Source of the DNA: a virus
Taxonomy: Duplodnaviria; Caudoviricetes
Reading direction: 5' to 3' (one strand)
DNA length: 32,189 nt
IMG/VR virus record: IMGVR_UViG_3300023172_000113
Location: 1-32,189 of that record
Part shown: in pieces, positions 17,815-25,926 of the stretch
Layout of the letters: every line of letters starts with the position of its first letter
How positions within the stretch are numbered: position 1 is the first letter of the stretch
Program-made: the position numbers and the translations under genes
Notes under the pieces: model-generated
Told to the model about the DNA's origin: nothing
The model's database searches: none
The model's input: the letters and a program-made list of their open reading frames with translations, nothing else

Positions 17815-19316
17815 TAAATCAACTCTTCTAATTGTGTTGGTTGGTCTTTATCATCTCGGTATTTTACATAGCGAGGGAATCGCAAACCATACTCTCCGTT
17901 TTCATTTTGAGTGAGAATGTCGCCCTTGACTTCAATAATCATATTCCCTGCACCTAATGTATTATACTGCTGGCTTAAGAAGTTTAGGTCTGATTCTGTA
18001 AAACCTGAACCTACCCAACCAATAGGAACTAAGTCATTTCCATTCTTAATAGCAATCTTAAAAGAAGCATAAACACCAACACGCTTTCCACGACCTTCTG
18101 CCGCATCAGTAATAATACAATCAACATCAACCAATGGCGGTTTGTATTTAGCCCAATCCTTAGACCTTGCACCAAATTGATAAATGGCGTTAGGTGATTT
18201 AACAATAACACCTTCATAACCAGATTCAATTGCTTCATTATAGACATCTAAAAACTCTTCATGGCTTTCAATTTCCACCGTATGTGCGAGAATATCCTCG
18301 CCAAAGTGCATATTCAAAGTTTGAAGTCGTGTGTTCAATGGGTCTTCAAACACAGGTTGTCCACCATACATCAAACAATCAAACAAAACAAGTTTAACTT
18401 CATGACGATAAATAACCTCTTCAGTCTTCCCATGAATACGACTCATGATATTTTTGAAATCAGCAGGGTTTCCATTGGTATCAACAGGGAAAATCTCACC
18501 ATCAACAATCCAATCCACGGGGTCTGTGTTTTCTTTAATAATTGGGATGAGGTCATTTTCAAACTTGGAGGTAATATTATCACCCTTTCGGTTATAGATG
18601 GTAATACCATCTTCGTTCTGATGAATCTGAGCACGAATTCCGTCGTATTTGTAATCACAAAATTTCTTTCCACGAACTGTAAAGTTGATATTTTTAGCAA
18701 GCATTGGATTCATATAATTCCCTGCTTCGGGAACACATACAATCGCACCATTTGATACAGACTGTTCAATACATTCTCCCATGCTCAAAAAGGAGGTAGC
18801 CTTCTTAATATCATCATTAGGAACACCGTAGGTCTTATTCATAATTTTCTTAACAACATTCTTACCACATTTGTTGCGGGTTTCGTTGAGAGCAAATGCT
18901 AACATCCAACGCTTCCCAATGTGATTTAGCGAGTCCCATGCGGCCATGAGCAAACCATAGGTTTCTTCACGGTCATAGACAGGACTACTCAAGGCATTGT
19001 GAATACTCCTAACTGTAATTAGCGTATTGTTATGTTCATTACCTTCAGTTAATTCCTCAACCGCTTCACCAAGTCCACCGAAGGTGTCAATAAAACCTTC
19101 AATAACATCTACATCAACATTCATTTTTTCTGCAATACGGCTGATTAGTCCTGCTTCACCCACACCTTTATTCGGGTAATTTCCTGCCCAAAGATTTAGC
19201 ATAGAGATAGCCTGCTGTTCATCTGTATTGATGTTTTCATCATAATATTTCACCATTTGTGTAGGTGTCATAGTCATAAATCTCTCGTTAATTTCTGCAA
19301 ATTCATTCCAATTCAT
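17814..19316 (-). CDS. lig: ATP-dependent DNA ligase
   Basis: KYDGIRAQIH, VDGEI, FDCL, EGVIVK, WAKYK, LRFPRY; start reassigned to MNWNEF. Confidence 0.95.
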   Translation of the reverse strand: MNWNEFAEINERFMTMTPTQMVKYYDENINTDEQQAISMLNLWAGNYPNKGVGEAGLISRIAEKMNVDVDVIEGFIDTFGGLGEAVEELTEGNEHNNTLITVRSIHNALSSPVYDREETYGLLMAAWDSLNHIGKRWMLAFALNETRNKCGKNVVKKIMNKTYGVPNDDIKKATSFLSMGECIEQSVSNGAIVCVPEAGNYMNPMLAKNINFTVRGKKFCDYKYDGIRAQIHQNEDGITIYNRKGDNITSKFENDLIPIIKENTDPVDWIVDGEIFPVDTNGNPADFKNIMSRIHGKTEEVIYRHEVKLVLFDCLMYGGQPVFEDPLNTRLQTLNMHFGEDILAHTVEIESHEEFLDVYNEAIESGYEGVIVKSPNAIYQFGARSKDWAKYKPPLVDVDCIITDAAEGRGKRVGVYASFKIAIKNGNDLVPIGWVGSGFTESDLNFLSQQYNTLGAGNMIIEVKGDILTQNENGEYGLRFPRYVKYRDDKDQPTQLEELI

Positions 19317-19683
19317 TATTCCACTCTCCAAATTCTTCTTCTTCTTCTTCTTCTTCTCTTCTATGTTTCCACGGTGCTTCGTTTTCAAGCATCATGGCTC
19401 TTTCAACCTTCTCTTGTTGAGAAAGTTCTTCTTCTTCTGCTTGTTTTTCCACCTGAGGGGAACGGGTAAGCAAATCCTCCATTCTCAAAAATGCAAGTTT
19501 GACATCATGTATAGTCAATCGCTTGTTTGATTCTTCACCTCCAGCCTGAAATTCACACATAGAGGCATAAATCTCCAATAGTGATTTTGCCCTAAAAGCA
19601 AATTCTTCCAATGTAGATTCAGGTAATTGACGGTTTGGTGCAACCGTTCTAAATATTTCTCTTACTTCTCTTTTACTAACCAT
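19303..19683 (-). CDS. Histone-fold protein with acidic C-terminal tail
   Basis: Short helix (KREVREIFR), loop RQLP, long central helix, then KRLTIHDVKLA (cf. RKTIxxEDIxLA); poly-Glu tail. Confidence 0.6.
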   Translation of the reverse strand: MVSKREVREIFRTVAPNRQLPESTLEEFAFRAKSLLEIYASMCEFQAGGEESNKRLTIHDVKLAFLRMEDLLTRSPQVEKQAEEEELSQQEKVERAMMLENEAPWKHRREEEEEEEEFGEWNNELE

Positions 19684-20099
19684 TTTTCCATACTCTCCTT
19701 TTGATAAAAGTATTTCGGATTTTCATTCTTATCAAGGCTCAGCGCAATCCAAACCGAACCACTTAACGAATCTATTCGTATTACTTCATAACCATTTGCT
19801 ACTATTTCAGTATCAATCTCTGGTGTTTTTCCATATAGTCTGGATAACTCACTTGAGACAACTTTTATATTATCAGCAACATATTTTATAATCAGAGGTC
19901 TTTGTATTTCTACATAAGGCGTGTATTCTAATTCATACTCTCCTGTTTGATTACAAACATTACAACCAGCCCCACTACATATAGGACAAACGATGCACAT
20001 ATTCGTTAATACGGGAAACCTTACTCTTCTGACTCGTCTGCTATCCACACTTTTGTGTGTCTCAAAATCTGATGGTCTTCTTCCTTTTCCCATGTGCAA
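19662..20099 (-). CDS. Hypothetical protein with CxxCxGxGCxxC zinc finger
   Basis: CPICSGAGCNVC; exact start uncertain. Confidence 0.6.
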   Translation of the reverse strand: MHMGKGRRPSDFETHKSVDSRRVRRVRFPVLTNMCIVCPICSGAGCNVCNQTGEYELEYTPYVEIQRPLIIKYVADNIKVVSSELSRLYGKTPEIDTEIVANGYEVIRIDSLSGSVWIALSLDKNENPKYFYQKESMEKWLVKEK

Positions 20100-20467
20100 T
20101 ACTCTCCATTACCTAACACAATTGCCGAATCAAGAATTGGTCGCTGAACCCTCAAGGTATTCCAATCGGTCTGACTAAAATAAGCCTTACCGAATGGGTG
20201 GGTATGAATCCAACATTTCATAGGAATAGTCATACCCTTAACACTCTCATCTTTATAATCAACAAATGAGGCCGTTCCCTTACTGATAAACAACTTTTCA
20301 TCACGGTCAATTACTACTGAAACTTCAAGGCCAGGAAGTCTAGTAGTGCTTAAATCCCAAATAGCACCCCAGAACTGTTCTGTGTTTCCATAATGTTTAT
20401 ACACATTTTTAAGAAAACGCTTTTCTTTATTCCATTCACTTAGGGTAATTTCTTCATCTTCTATCAT
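20021..20467 (-). CDS. JAB/MPN+ (JAMM) metalloprotease
   Basis: Upstream Glu (LEVSV) and H-x-H-x7-S-x2-D: WIHTHPFGKAYFSQTD; start MIEDEE. Confidence 0.85.
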   Translation of the reverse strand: MIEDEEITLSEWNKEKRFLKNVYKHYGNTEQFWGAIWDLSTTRLPGLEVSVVIDRDEKLFISKGTASFVDYKDESVKGMTIPMKCWIHTHPFGKAYFSQTDWNTLRVQRPILDSAIVLGNGEYCTWEKEEDHQILRHTKVWIADESEE

Positions 20468-20471
20468 TTTT

Positions 20472-21002
20472 TCACATCCATTTTGGTTTTGCTCGCTTAG
20501 TGTATTTACTTCGCCAACTGTTCCATTGTTTATCACCACGATAATAATTTCGGTATGCTTGAATAGAGCATTCCGTTTTGTATTCATCAGGCATACATTG
20601 GGGTGGCTGGGTAAATCCATTATCCTCAATTAACATTGGAGGATTACGCAAGACTTCTCGCAAGCATCTGTCAGTCTTGTGTTCTTTCCCATAACGATAA
20701 GTGTATTCTATACAAAGGGCTTCAAACAATTCGTATGTCCATTGATAATGCTGAAGACTTGAACGAACCCAAATAGTAGAGGGGTGGCTGATATGTGCAG
20801 TTTTATAGAGAACATTGAGTTTGTCTTCGGGCAACTTTTGAAACACATATTCATCATCGTCATTACAATAATAGTATTGGTCTACAACACGATGAGCCGT
20901 TGAAAGCATTTGAGCAGTTTCAAGAATCATCTTGATACAATGTGCATCATTGTGCATAACTGCGGCAATGTTTGGATTTTCATGCAAGTAAAAAATATTC
21001 AT
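20472..21002 (-). CDS. Pyrimidine-dimer DNA glycosylase-like protein (DenV/Pyr_excise family)
   Basis: MNIFYL...HCIKMILETAQMLSTAH...YKTAHISHPSTIW...EYTYRYGKEH...AYRNYY. Confidence 0.8.
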   Translation of the reverse strand: MNIFYLHENPNIAAVMHNDAHCIKMILETAQMLSTAHRVVDQYYYCNDDDEYVFQKLPEDKLNVLYKTAHISHPSTIWVRSSLQHYQWTYELFEALCIEYTYRYGKEHKTDRCLREVLRNPPMLIEDNGFTQPPQCMPDEYKTECSIQAYRNYYRGDKQWNSWRSKYTKRAKPKWM

Positions 21003-21145
21003 ACTTTATCCCTCCACATTTTCTCAGTTTCTTCTGCACATCCAAAACACCAGAAAACTTGATTGTTTAGTTGATGGACAGATTTACCGATACATACACC
21101 ACATTTAGTGCAATTCATTTCTCTCATTGTATTTTTATATTTCAT
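20999..21145 (-). CDS. 48-aa CxxC...CxxC microprotein (not in ORF track)
   Basis: MKYKNTMREMNCTKCGVCIGKSVHQLNNQVFWCFGCAEETEKMWRDKV; ATGA overlaps at both ends. Confidence 0.6.
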   Translation of the reverse strand: MKYKNTMREMNCTKCGVCIGKSVHQLNNQVFWCFGCAEETEKMWRDKV

Positions 21146-21261
21146 TCTTCTTCACCCAATAGATTGTTTGGCTCAGAATAATCCGATGTTACCCTATAAA
21201 GAATTTCAGATATAAAACCAACAAATAAAATCCAGATAAAAAGAGTAATTATGGGATTCAT
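21142..21261 (-). CDS. 39-aa membrane microprotein (not in ORF track)
   Basis: MNPIITLFIWILFVGFISEILYRVTSDYSEPNNLLGEEE; ATGA-coupled. Confidence 0.6.
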   Translation of the reverse strand: MNPIITLFIWILFVGFISEILYRVTSDYSEPNNLLGEEE

Positions 21262-21353
21262 TCTGATTCCTCCATGCATTCATCACAATAAAAATTCAAT
21301 GTCCAATTTTCGCAGAAGCGGTTCTCACAAGGAGTTTTCATAGCACCACACAT
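21258..21353 (-). CDS. 31-aa Cys-rich microprotein (not in ORF track)
   Basis: MCGAMKTPCENRFCENWTLNFYCDECMEESE; TAATG and ATGA coupling. Confidence 0.55.
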   Translation of the reverse strand: MCGAMKTPCENRFCENWTLNFYCDECMEESE

Positions 21354-21598
21354 TATTCTTCCTCCACATAAAAGGTAAAACCAGCAAGATGAAACATACT
21401 CTTAGTGGGCATATAATCTCTATTCCAAACATCATCTCCGATATGAGGTATGTATTGCCTTTTGATACACTTACCATCTACTTCAGCGTAAAAACTACAA
21501 TTCCTAAACCTCAAATAAAATTCACTCCCATTGGTAAGAGTTCCCTCAATTTGTGTAGGGGCGGCAATAGATGTAACAGCAAATTCATTTACTATCAT
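21353..21598 (-). CDS. Hypothetical protein
   Basis: APTQIEG...FYLRFR; start MIVNE after AGGTGA. Confidence 0.6.
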   Translation of the reverse strand: MIVNEFAVTSIAAPTQIEGTLTNGSEFYLRFRNCSFYAEVDGKCIKRQYIPHIGDDVWNRDYMPTKSMFHLAGFTFYVEEE

Positions 21599-21711
21599 TC
21601 GCTCACCTTCCATGTAGAAGCAACACCGCAACAGGTAATAACATTAACGATAACAGGGGTTTCTCGTTCATAATGACGACCACATTTTTTACAATCATAT
21701 ACTACTGTCAT
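21595..21711 (-). CDS. 38-aa CxxC...CCG microprotein (not in ORF track)
   Basis: MTVVYDCKKCGRHYERETPVIVNVITCCGVASTWKVSE; GGAGG RBS, ATGA overlap. Confidence 0.6.
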   Translation of the reverse strand: MTVVYDCKKCGRHYERETPVIVNVITCCGVASTWKVSE

Positions 21712-21713
21712 GA

Positions 21714-21929
21714 TTATTCCTCCAATGGTTCAAACCCAAGTGCAATCTGTCGTTCAGCAGAACAATCAAATGGGTTAGAATGAATCTGCCCACTTACACG
21801 ATACCCTACCAATTTAATATTGCTTTGTTCAGTCGTAATTATTTGTCCACACACACGACAGGTAGCATTTCCCGTTCCCATGCCGACAATCCAGCCTTTT
21901 ATTTGTTCTTTATTTTCTTTATTCTCCAT
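21714..21929 (-). CDS. Small zinc-finger protein, paralog of 9590..9793
   Basis: GTGNATCRVCGQII...GYRVSGQIHSNPFDC. Confidence 0.65.
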   Translation of the reverse strand: MENKENKEQIKGWIVGMGTGNATCRVCGQIITTEQSNIKLVGYRVSGQIHSNPFDCSAERQIALGFEPLEE

Positions 21930-22002
21930 CATCATCACATCCATCATCGTCCAATGTAGAAATTCCAATTGCTGCACCAATTAACCAACTTAGTAATCCC
22001 AT
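21919..22002 (-). CDS. 27-aa hydrophobic/acidic peptide (not in ORF track)
   Basis: MGLLSWLIGAAIGISTLDDDGCDDDGE; follows the E1 stop, whose GGTGA acts as RBS. Confidence 0.45.
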   Translation of the reverse strand: MGLLSWLIGAAIGISTLDDDGCDDDGE

Positions 22003-22007
22003 CTAAA

Positions 22008-22574
22008 TCACCCGTTAATCCTAAAGTGCTTTTCCACATAGTTCCCAATGAAATAATTTTGCATCCATTGAGCACCATAACCTGCAATAACAACCTGCAT
22101 AAACTTTACACCTTCTGGCTTTCCATCCCAATCATTACCTTGACATGAAAATGAACCATCAGGCCCGCTTGTAAATGCATTGTAAAACTTAGGGTCTTCT
22201 TGAAATGAAATCATAGCCGCATTCCTTCCTTGCGCTCTTAGGTCAAGCCATTTAACGCCTGAGTTATACATAACCCTACGAATATCAAGATTATCAGCAC
22301 AACAGACAACCAAATCAAATCCTTCAATCTGATTAGGGGTTAAAACAGGGAAGGGCTTAGCCACGATTTTATATCGCTTAGCCATAGCATCTACCTTTTT
22401 TGTATCAATTTCCATCTTAGAGAAGTTTTGGTAGGAAATATTCTTTTCTTCCACAATATCAGGGTCATAAACCGTCATATTGTAGAGTCCAGTCTTATCC
22501 AAAAGTGGAATAAGGAAACTTCCAATTCCACCTGCCCCAATAATCAGCACATTTCTCGTTTTTACATTCTTCAT
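22008..22574 (-). CDS. ThiF/MoeB/E1-family ubiquitin-like activating enzyme
   Basis: IIGAGGIG, YDPDIVEEKNISYQ, KVDA, DLVVCCADNLDIR; candidate catalytic Cys in SFSCQ; no CxxC Zn pairs. Confidence 0.9.
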   Translation of the reverse strand: MKNVKTRNVLIIGAGGIGSFLIPLLDKTGLYNMTVYDPDIVEEKNISYQNFSKMEIDTKKVDAMAKRYKIVAKPFPVLTPNQIEGFDLVVCCADNLDIRRVMYNSGVKWLDLRAQGRNAAMISFQEDPKFYNAFTSGPDGSFSCQGNDWDGKPEGVKFMQVVIAGYGAQWMQNYFIGNYVEKHFRING

Positions 22575-23194
22575 ATTTTCACCTTCTTTATATTTCTTTT
22601 TAGTCTCGGCAAACTAATGCCTAATTTTTCACACACTTCTTTTTGGGTATATGATGTGTGGACATATACAAAAGCAGCAATAACACCTCTTGTCAAGGTT
22701 TCTTGCTCTTCCCAATCTTTACAAGCCTTAGCAACTTGTGGATTATCAATTCCGTGATTAGACAAAAACTCGTCAATATCATTTAAACCAAACACTCCAG
22801 AATTTGAATAGTATCTTGCAATCTTCCTGCTAAGTTTAGAGCCCTTACTTGGTCTACATCCTAAAAACTTACAGTAATCTCTCAGTATTGCTGGTCTATT
22901 ATTATCTCTCATCGTGTAATACAAAATTGCACAGGCTCTTTCGGCCAAATCATATCCTTGATACAGCGTTGTTTTGCTGATATGAACATGATTTTTATTG
23001 ACCTCATCAATTATATCAATATCAAATTGATTACATAGTAATAGTAACTCAGAAGTCTTTACCTCTTTTACTTCAGTTAGTCTTCCGATTTCTATAATCC
23101 TATATGCTTGTATGCAACCACATTCTTGACAAACGGGCAACCCAATATCACGATTTAATTTCAGGTGCTTCGCTTGACAATTCACACACGGCAT
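22571..23194 (-). CDS. TFIIB/TFB-like protein
   Basis: N-terminal Zn ribbon CVNC...VCQECGCI; two cyclin-like repeats (ACAILYYTMR, IAAFVYV); BRE-binding-type HTH TQKEVCEKLGIS. Confidence 0.7.
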   Translation of the reverse strand: MPCVNCQAKHLKLNRDIGLPVCQECGCIQAYRIIEIGRLTEVKEVKTSELLLLCNQFDIDIIDEVNKNHVHISKTTLYQGYDLAERACAILYYTMRDNNRPAILRDYCKFLGCRPSKGSKLSRKIARYYSNSGVFGLNDIDEFLSNHGIDNPQVAKACKDWEEQETLTRGVIAAFVYVHTSYTQKEVCEKLGISLPRLKRNIKKVKI

Positions 23195-24395
23195 CCCAAT
23201 CCAACCTAATATCCTGTTGATTTTCAGCATGATGTTGTATGTATCGTGAAACCGTTGAAACAAGTTTCTTCAACATAGAATCATTTTTACAAGCAAATGC
23301 TCTTGCGGCAAATTGGTCACCTTTTGTAGCACCGTTACTTAGGTTGTCAATACAAATCGGGCCAGACCATTTTGCAACTCTATCAGTATTGTTAATAATA
23401 GGATGACTAAATGGGACTTTTTGAGCCTCTCCAGCAGTTCCTGTCGTTAAAACATAGGTTGAAACATCCTGAATGCCACGCTTTGACTGATTATCAACAA
23501 TCATCCAATCTGCATATTTACCACGAACAAACATTGCAAGGACACCGTTATGCTGACCCTTAGTAATTTCAGGGTAATCACGACACATATTCTCAAACAA
23601 TTGCATGGCTCGCTTTTCAGCACCTTCGGGCTTACGGTTCTGCTTTAGAAACTCTTTCATAACTTTAACTTGAGCCATTGTAGGTTTCTTACCCACAGTT
23701 TGATAATATAACTTGGCTGGAGGCAAATTAGACCATTTCTTAGAACGCTTACGCCCGACAAGATAACTGTCCACCAACGAATTCAATTCCTTAACACCAA
23801 TTTGACCCCATAGACCAGAAGTAATTTCAATTGCGAATTGGTCTTCATCAATTTGCATCAGATTCAAACGAGTTAAACGCTTATGAATTTCATTACCTTC
23901 TCGTTCATAAAAATGGTAAGGCACACGGTTTTCCATAGCATATGCTACATTCTCAGGGATGTTAATACATCGGTTAAGGTAATCGTCAAGTGCTTCTTGT
24001 GCTTCTACACCTTTACCGTCTAAATAAGCGGCTCTCATAATTGTCCTTGATAATGCTTTAAGAATAATTTCTACATTACACTTTTCACCGTTGATAGCGT
24101 ATCGTGCACCATCTTTGTGAATAGAAATTAAATAACGACAACGACCAATACGGAAAAGAACAGGTCGTGGACTTCGCCTAACAATACCAATAATATCATT
24201 ATTTTTCAATGATTGATAGATAGACTGAATCGTTGGTTCAGTAGCATCAGAACGATTACCTCGTCGTGCATAAATATCTACATTTCTACTTCTTCGTATA
24301 TTTCTTGATGATAGTGGTGTTTCTAAGATACTCGTTCTATCATCTGATGCATGTCTAATTCTAAAATTTAATGTTTCTTCACTCATTTTTTCCAC
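23148..24395 (-). CDS. Large protein with a C-terminal E2/UBC-like motif
   Basis: PFSHPIIN...SGPICIDNL resembles the E2 active site HPNI...GxICLDIL; two genes upstream of E1. The CDS is secure; the E2 call is tentative. Confidence 0.5.
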   Translation of the reverse strand: MEKMSEETLNFRIRHASDDRTSILETPLSSRNIRRSRNVDIYARRGNRSDATEPTIQSIYQSLKNNDIIGIVRRSPRPVLFRIGRCRYLISIHKDGARYAINGEKCNVEIILKALSRTIMRAAYLDGKGVEAQEALDDYLNRCINIPENVAYAMENRVPYHFYEREGNEIHKRLTRLNLMQIDEDQFAIEITSGLWGQIGVKELNSLVDSYLVGRKRSKKWSNLPPAKLYYQTVGKKPTMAQVKVMKEFLKQNRKPEGAEKRAMQLFENMCRDYPEITKGQHNGVLAMFVRGKYADWMIVDNQSKRGIQDVSTYVLTTGTAGEAQKVPFSHPIINNTDRVAKWSGPICIDNLSNGATKGDQFAARAFACKNDSMLKKLVSTVSRYIQHHAENQQDIRLDWDAVCELSSEAPEIKS

Positions 24396-25413
24396 CTACA
24401 ATTTGCATAATTTTATTCAATTGTTTCTCACTCAACTCTTTTCCAATCATAACTTGATTTATGATACTTTCAATGAAACGCTTTTCCCAATCATTACGAC
24501 CATCCTCTACTGAAAATAGGGGCAAATCATACAAAGCCAATGCTTCTTCAATGGCCTCACTTGCTCTATTTTGGTAGACGGAGGCCTTTATATCCTTTGC
24601 AATAATTTTAGTAGGGTTAATATATTCCATTCGGGCTTGTCTCTCTTCGTCTTTGTTATCCATCATTCGTGTAAAGCGTTCCTTCTTAGCAAACAAAAGT
24701 TGCACATCACGCCATAGTTTTTCATTAGGATAACCACGGGTTTCAATTTGTTTTCTTGGATTATTGGGATGATTCCAACGCCAAACTACTGAGGCCATAT
24801 TACCCAAAGAACCACTTTTCGTTTTAGCAATTACATATTGTGGTTCATATCGTCGGGTTGCATGGGAATAACGATTACCCTTATTGCGAACATTGACTCG
24901 CAAATCCAACTCTTTAACTTCGTTGAACAATTCTTCCCATTCATCACCATATTCATTCCACCACCATTCAGCCTTCATTGACTTAACTGCTTCTTTCAAC
25001 CATTCTTGAATCAATTCTTCAGTAATGGTGTCAGGGTTTAGACCTTTATTTTCAATCAAGTGGCGAATAATCATCCAATTAGTGATGTGTTCGCTACCAA
25101 GAATTTCAAGATTTCCATTCTCAGTATTTTCAATTTCAAAATGCCATGCAATCTCATGTCCACAGATACAATAATGTGGGTGTTTAGCCAAATGTTCTGG
25201 GGGTAGTCGGTTTGGATTATCACGCAAAGGAATATACCATGTATTTCCCGTTGCCTTCCATTCATGTTTTGCTTGTTCCCAATCATCCGAAACTGATTCT
25301 GCTGTTAGTCGTTCAATTAAAGCCTTATTCAAAGCACCTGAACGATTAACATTAATAACATCAAGTTGTTCGCCAATAGCATGATGTGTTTCTACAAAAT
25401 CATTCATGGTCAA
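24379..25413 (-). CDS. Hypothetical protein with CxCGH...GSEH metal-binding motif
   Basis: YCICGHEIAWHF...ILGSEHI; C-terminal WEKRFIESI...LSEKQ module. Confidence 0.7.
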   Translation of the reverse strand: MTMNDFVETHHAIGEQLDVINVNRSGALNKALIERLTAESVSDDWEQAKHEWKATGNTWYIPLRDNPNRLPPEHLAKHPHYCICGHEIAWHFEIENTENGNLEILGSEHITNWMIIRHLIENKGLNPDTITEELIQEWLKEAVKSMKAEWWWNEYGDEWEELFNEVKELDLRVNVRNKGNRYSHATRRYEPQYVIAKTKSGSLGNMASVVWRWNHPNNPRKQIETRGYPNEKLWRDVQLLFAKKERFTRMMDNKDEERQARMEYINPTKIIAKDIKASVYQNRASEAIEEALALYDLPLFSVEDGRNDWEKRFIESIINQVMIGKELSEKQLNKIMQIVGGKNE

Positions 25414-25672
25414 ACCTCCTAAATGCTATCTGCTCTTCCAAATGCGTGTCGCACAGTTCATTAAGTTTGGAATGCAACGATTCTGTAATTCCAGGAATTG
25501 TGTTTCGGTGCAAAGCCAACCAGACATTATGATATTGGTTAAGAACAATAACCAAACCATTGTTATCCTCGTGAGACTTAATCACGACAGGGGGCATTTC
25601 TTCGCTGTTAATCAGCCTAAATTCTACTTCTTTTCTTTTTCTTCCATTTCCAATTGGTGTCATATTTATCAC
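25400..25672 (-). CDS. Hypothetical protein
   Basis: Coupled to neighbouring genes; no recognised motif. Confidence 0.65.
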   Translation of the reverse strand: MINMTPIGNGRKRKEVEFRLINSEEMPPVVIKSHEDNNGLVIVLNQYHNVWLALHRNTIPGITESLHSKLNELCDTHLEEQIAFRRFDHE

Positions 25673-25872
25673 TCCATGTTCATTAGGTGTGTTAGTGGGT
25701 CTTGTTTTAGAGTTTGCTTGCTCAACAAAATGTGAGGAAACTTACTCAATAGTAAAGGAACGACCTTATTCCAATCTATTTCGCCGTCATATTGTTTAGT
25801 CCAAACTGAACCGTTGGATTTTAACGATGTGACTCTATATACTTCATGTTTTTCTTCCTTGCTTTCGCTCAT
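25669..25872 (-). CDS. Hypothetical protein
   Basis: Likely start MSESKE after a GGAG RBS. Confidence 0.55.
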   Translation of the reverse strand: MSESKEEKHEVYRVTSLKSNGSVWTKQYDGEIDWNKVVPLLLSKFPHILLSKQTLKQDPLTHLMNME

Positions 25873-25926
25873 ACTTATTTCTCCATTGTTTATCTTTTGA
25901 TGGGTAGTTACCATCTTTGAGGAGAA

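Noticed and set aside
19317-19388. Poly-Lys N-terminus of the ligase ORF
   Set aside because: It is an alternative-frame reading of the GAA repeat encoding the poly-Glu tail of the upstream gene.
22008-22574. ThiF plus ThiS-like gene as thiamine/molybdopterin biosynthesis
   Set aside because: No ThiG, ThiI, MoaE, rhodanese or desulfurase is in the window, and an E2-like gene is nearby. This reading is disfavoured but not excluded.
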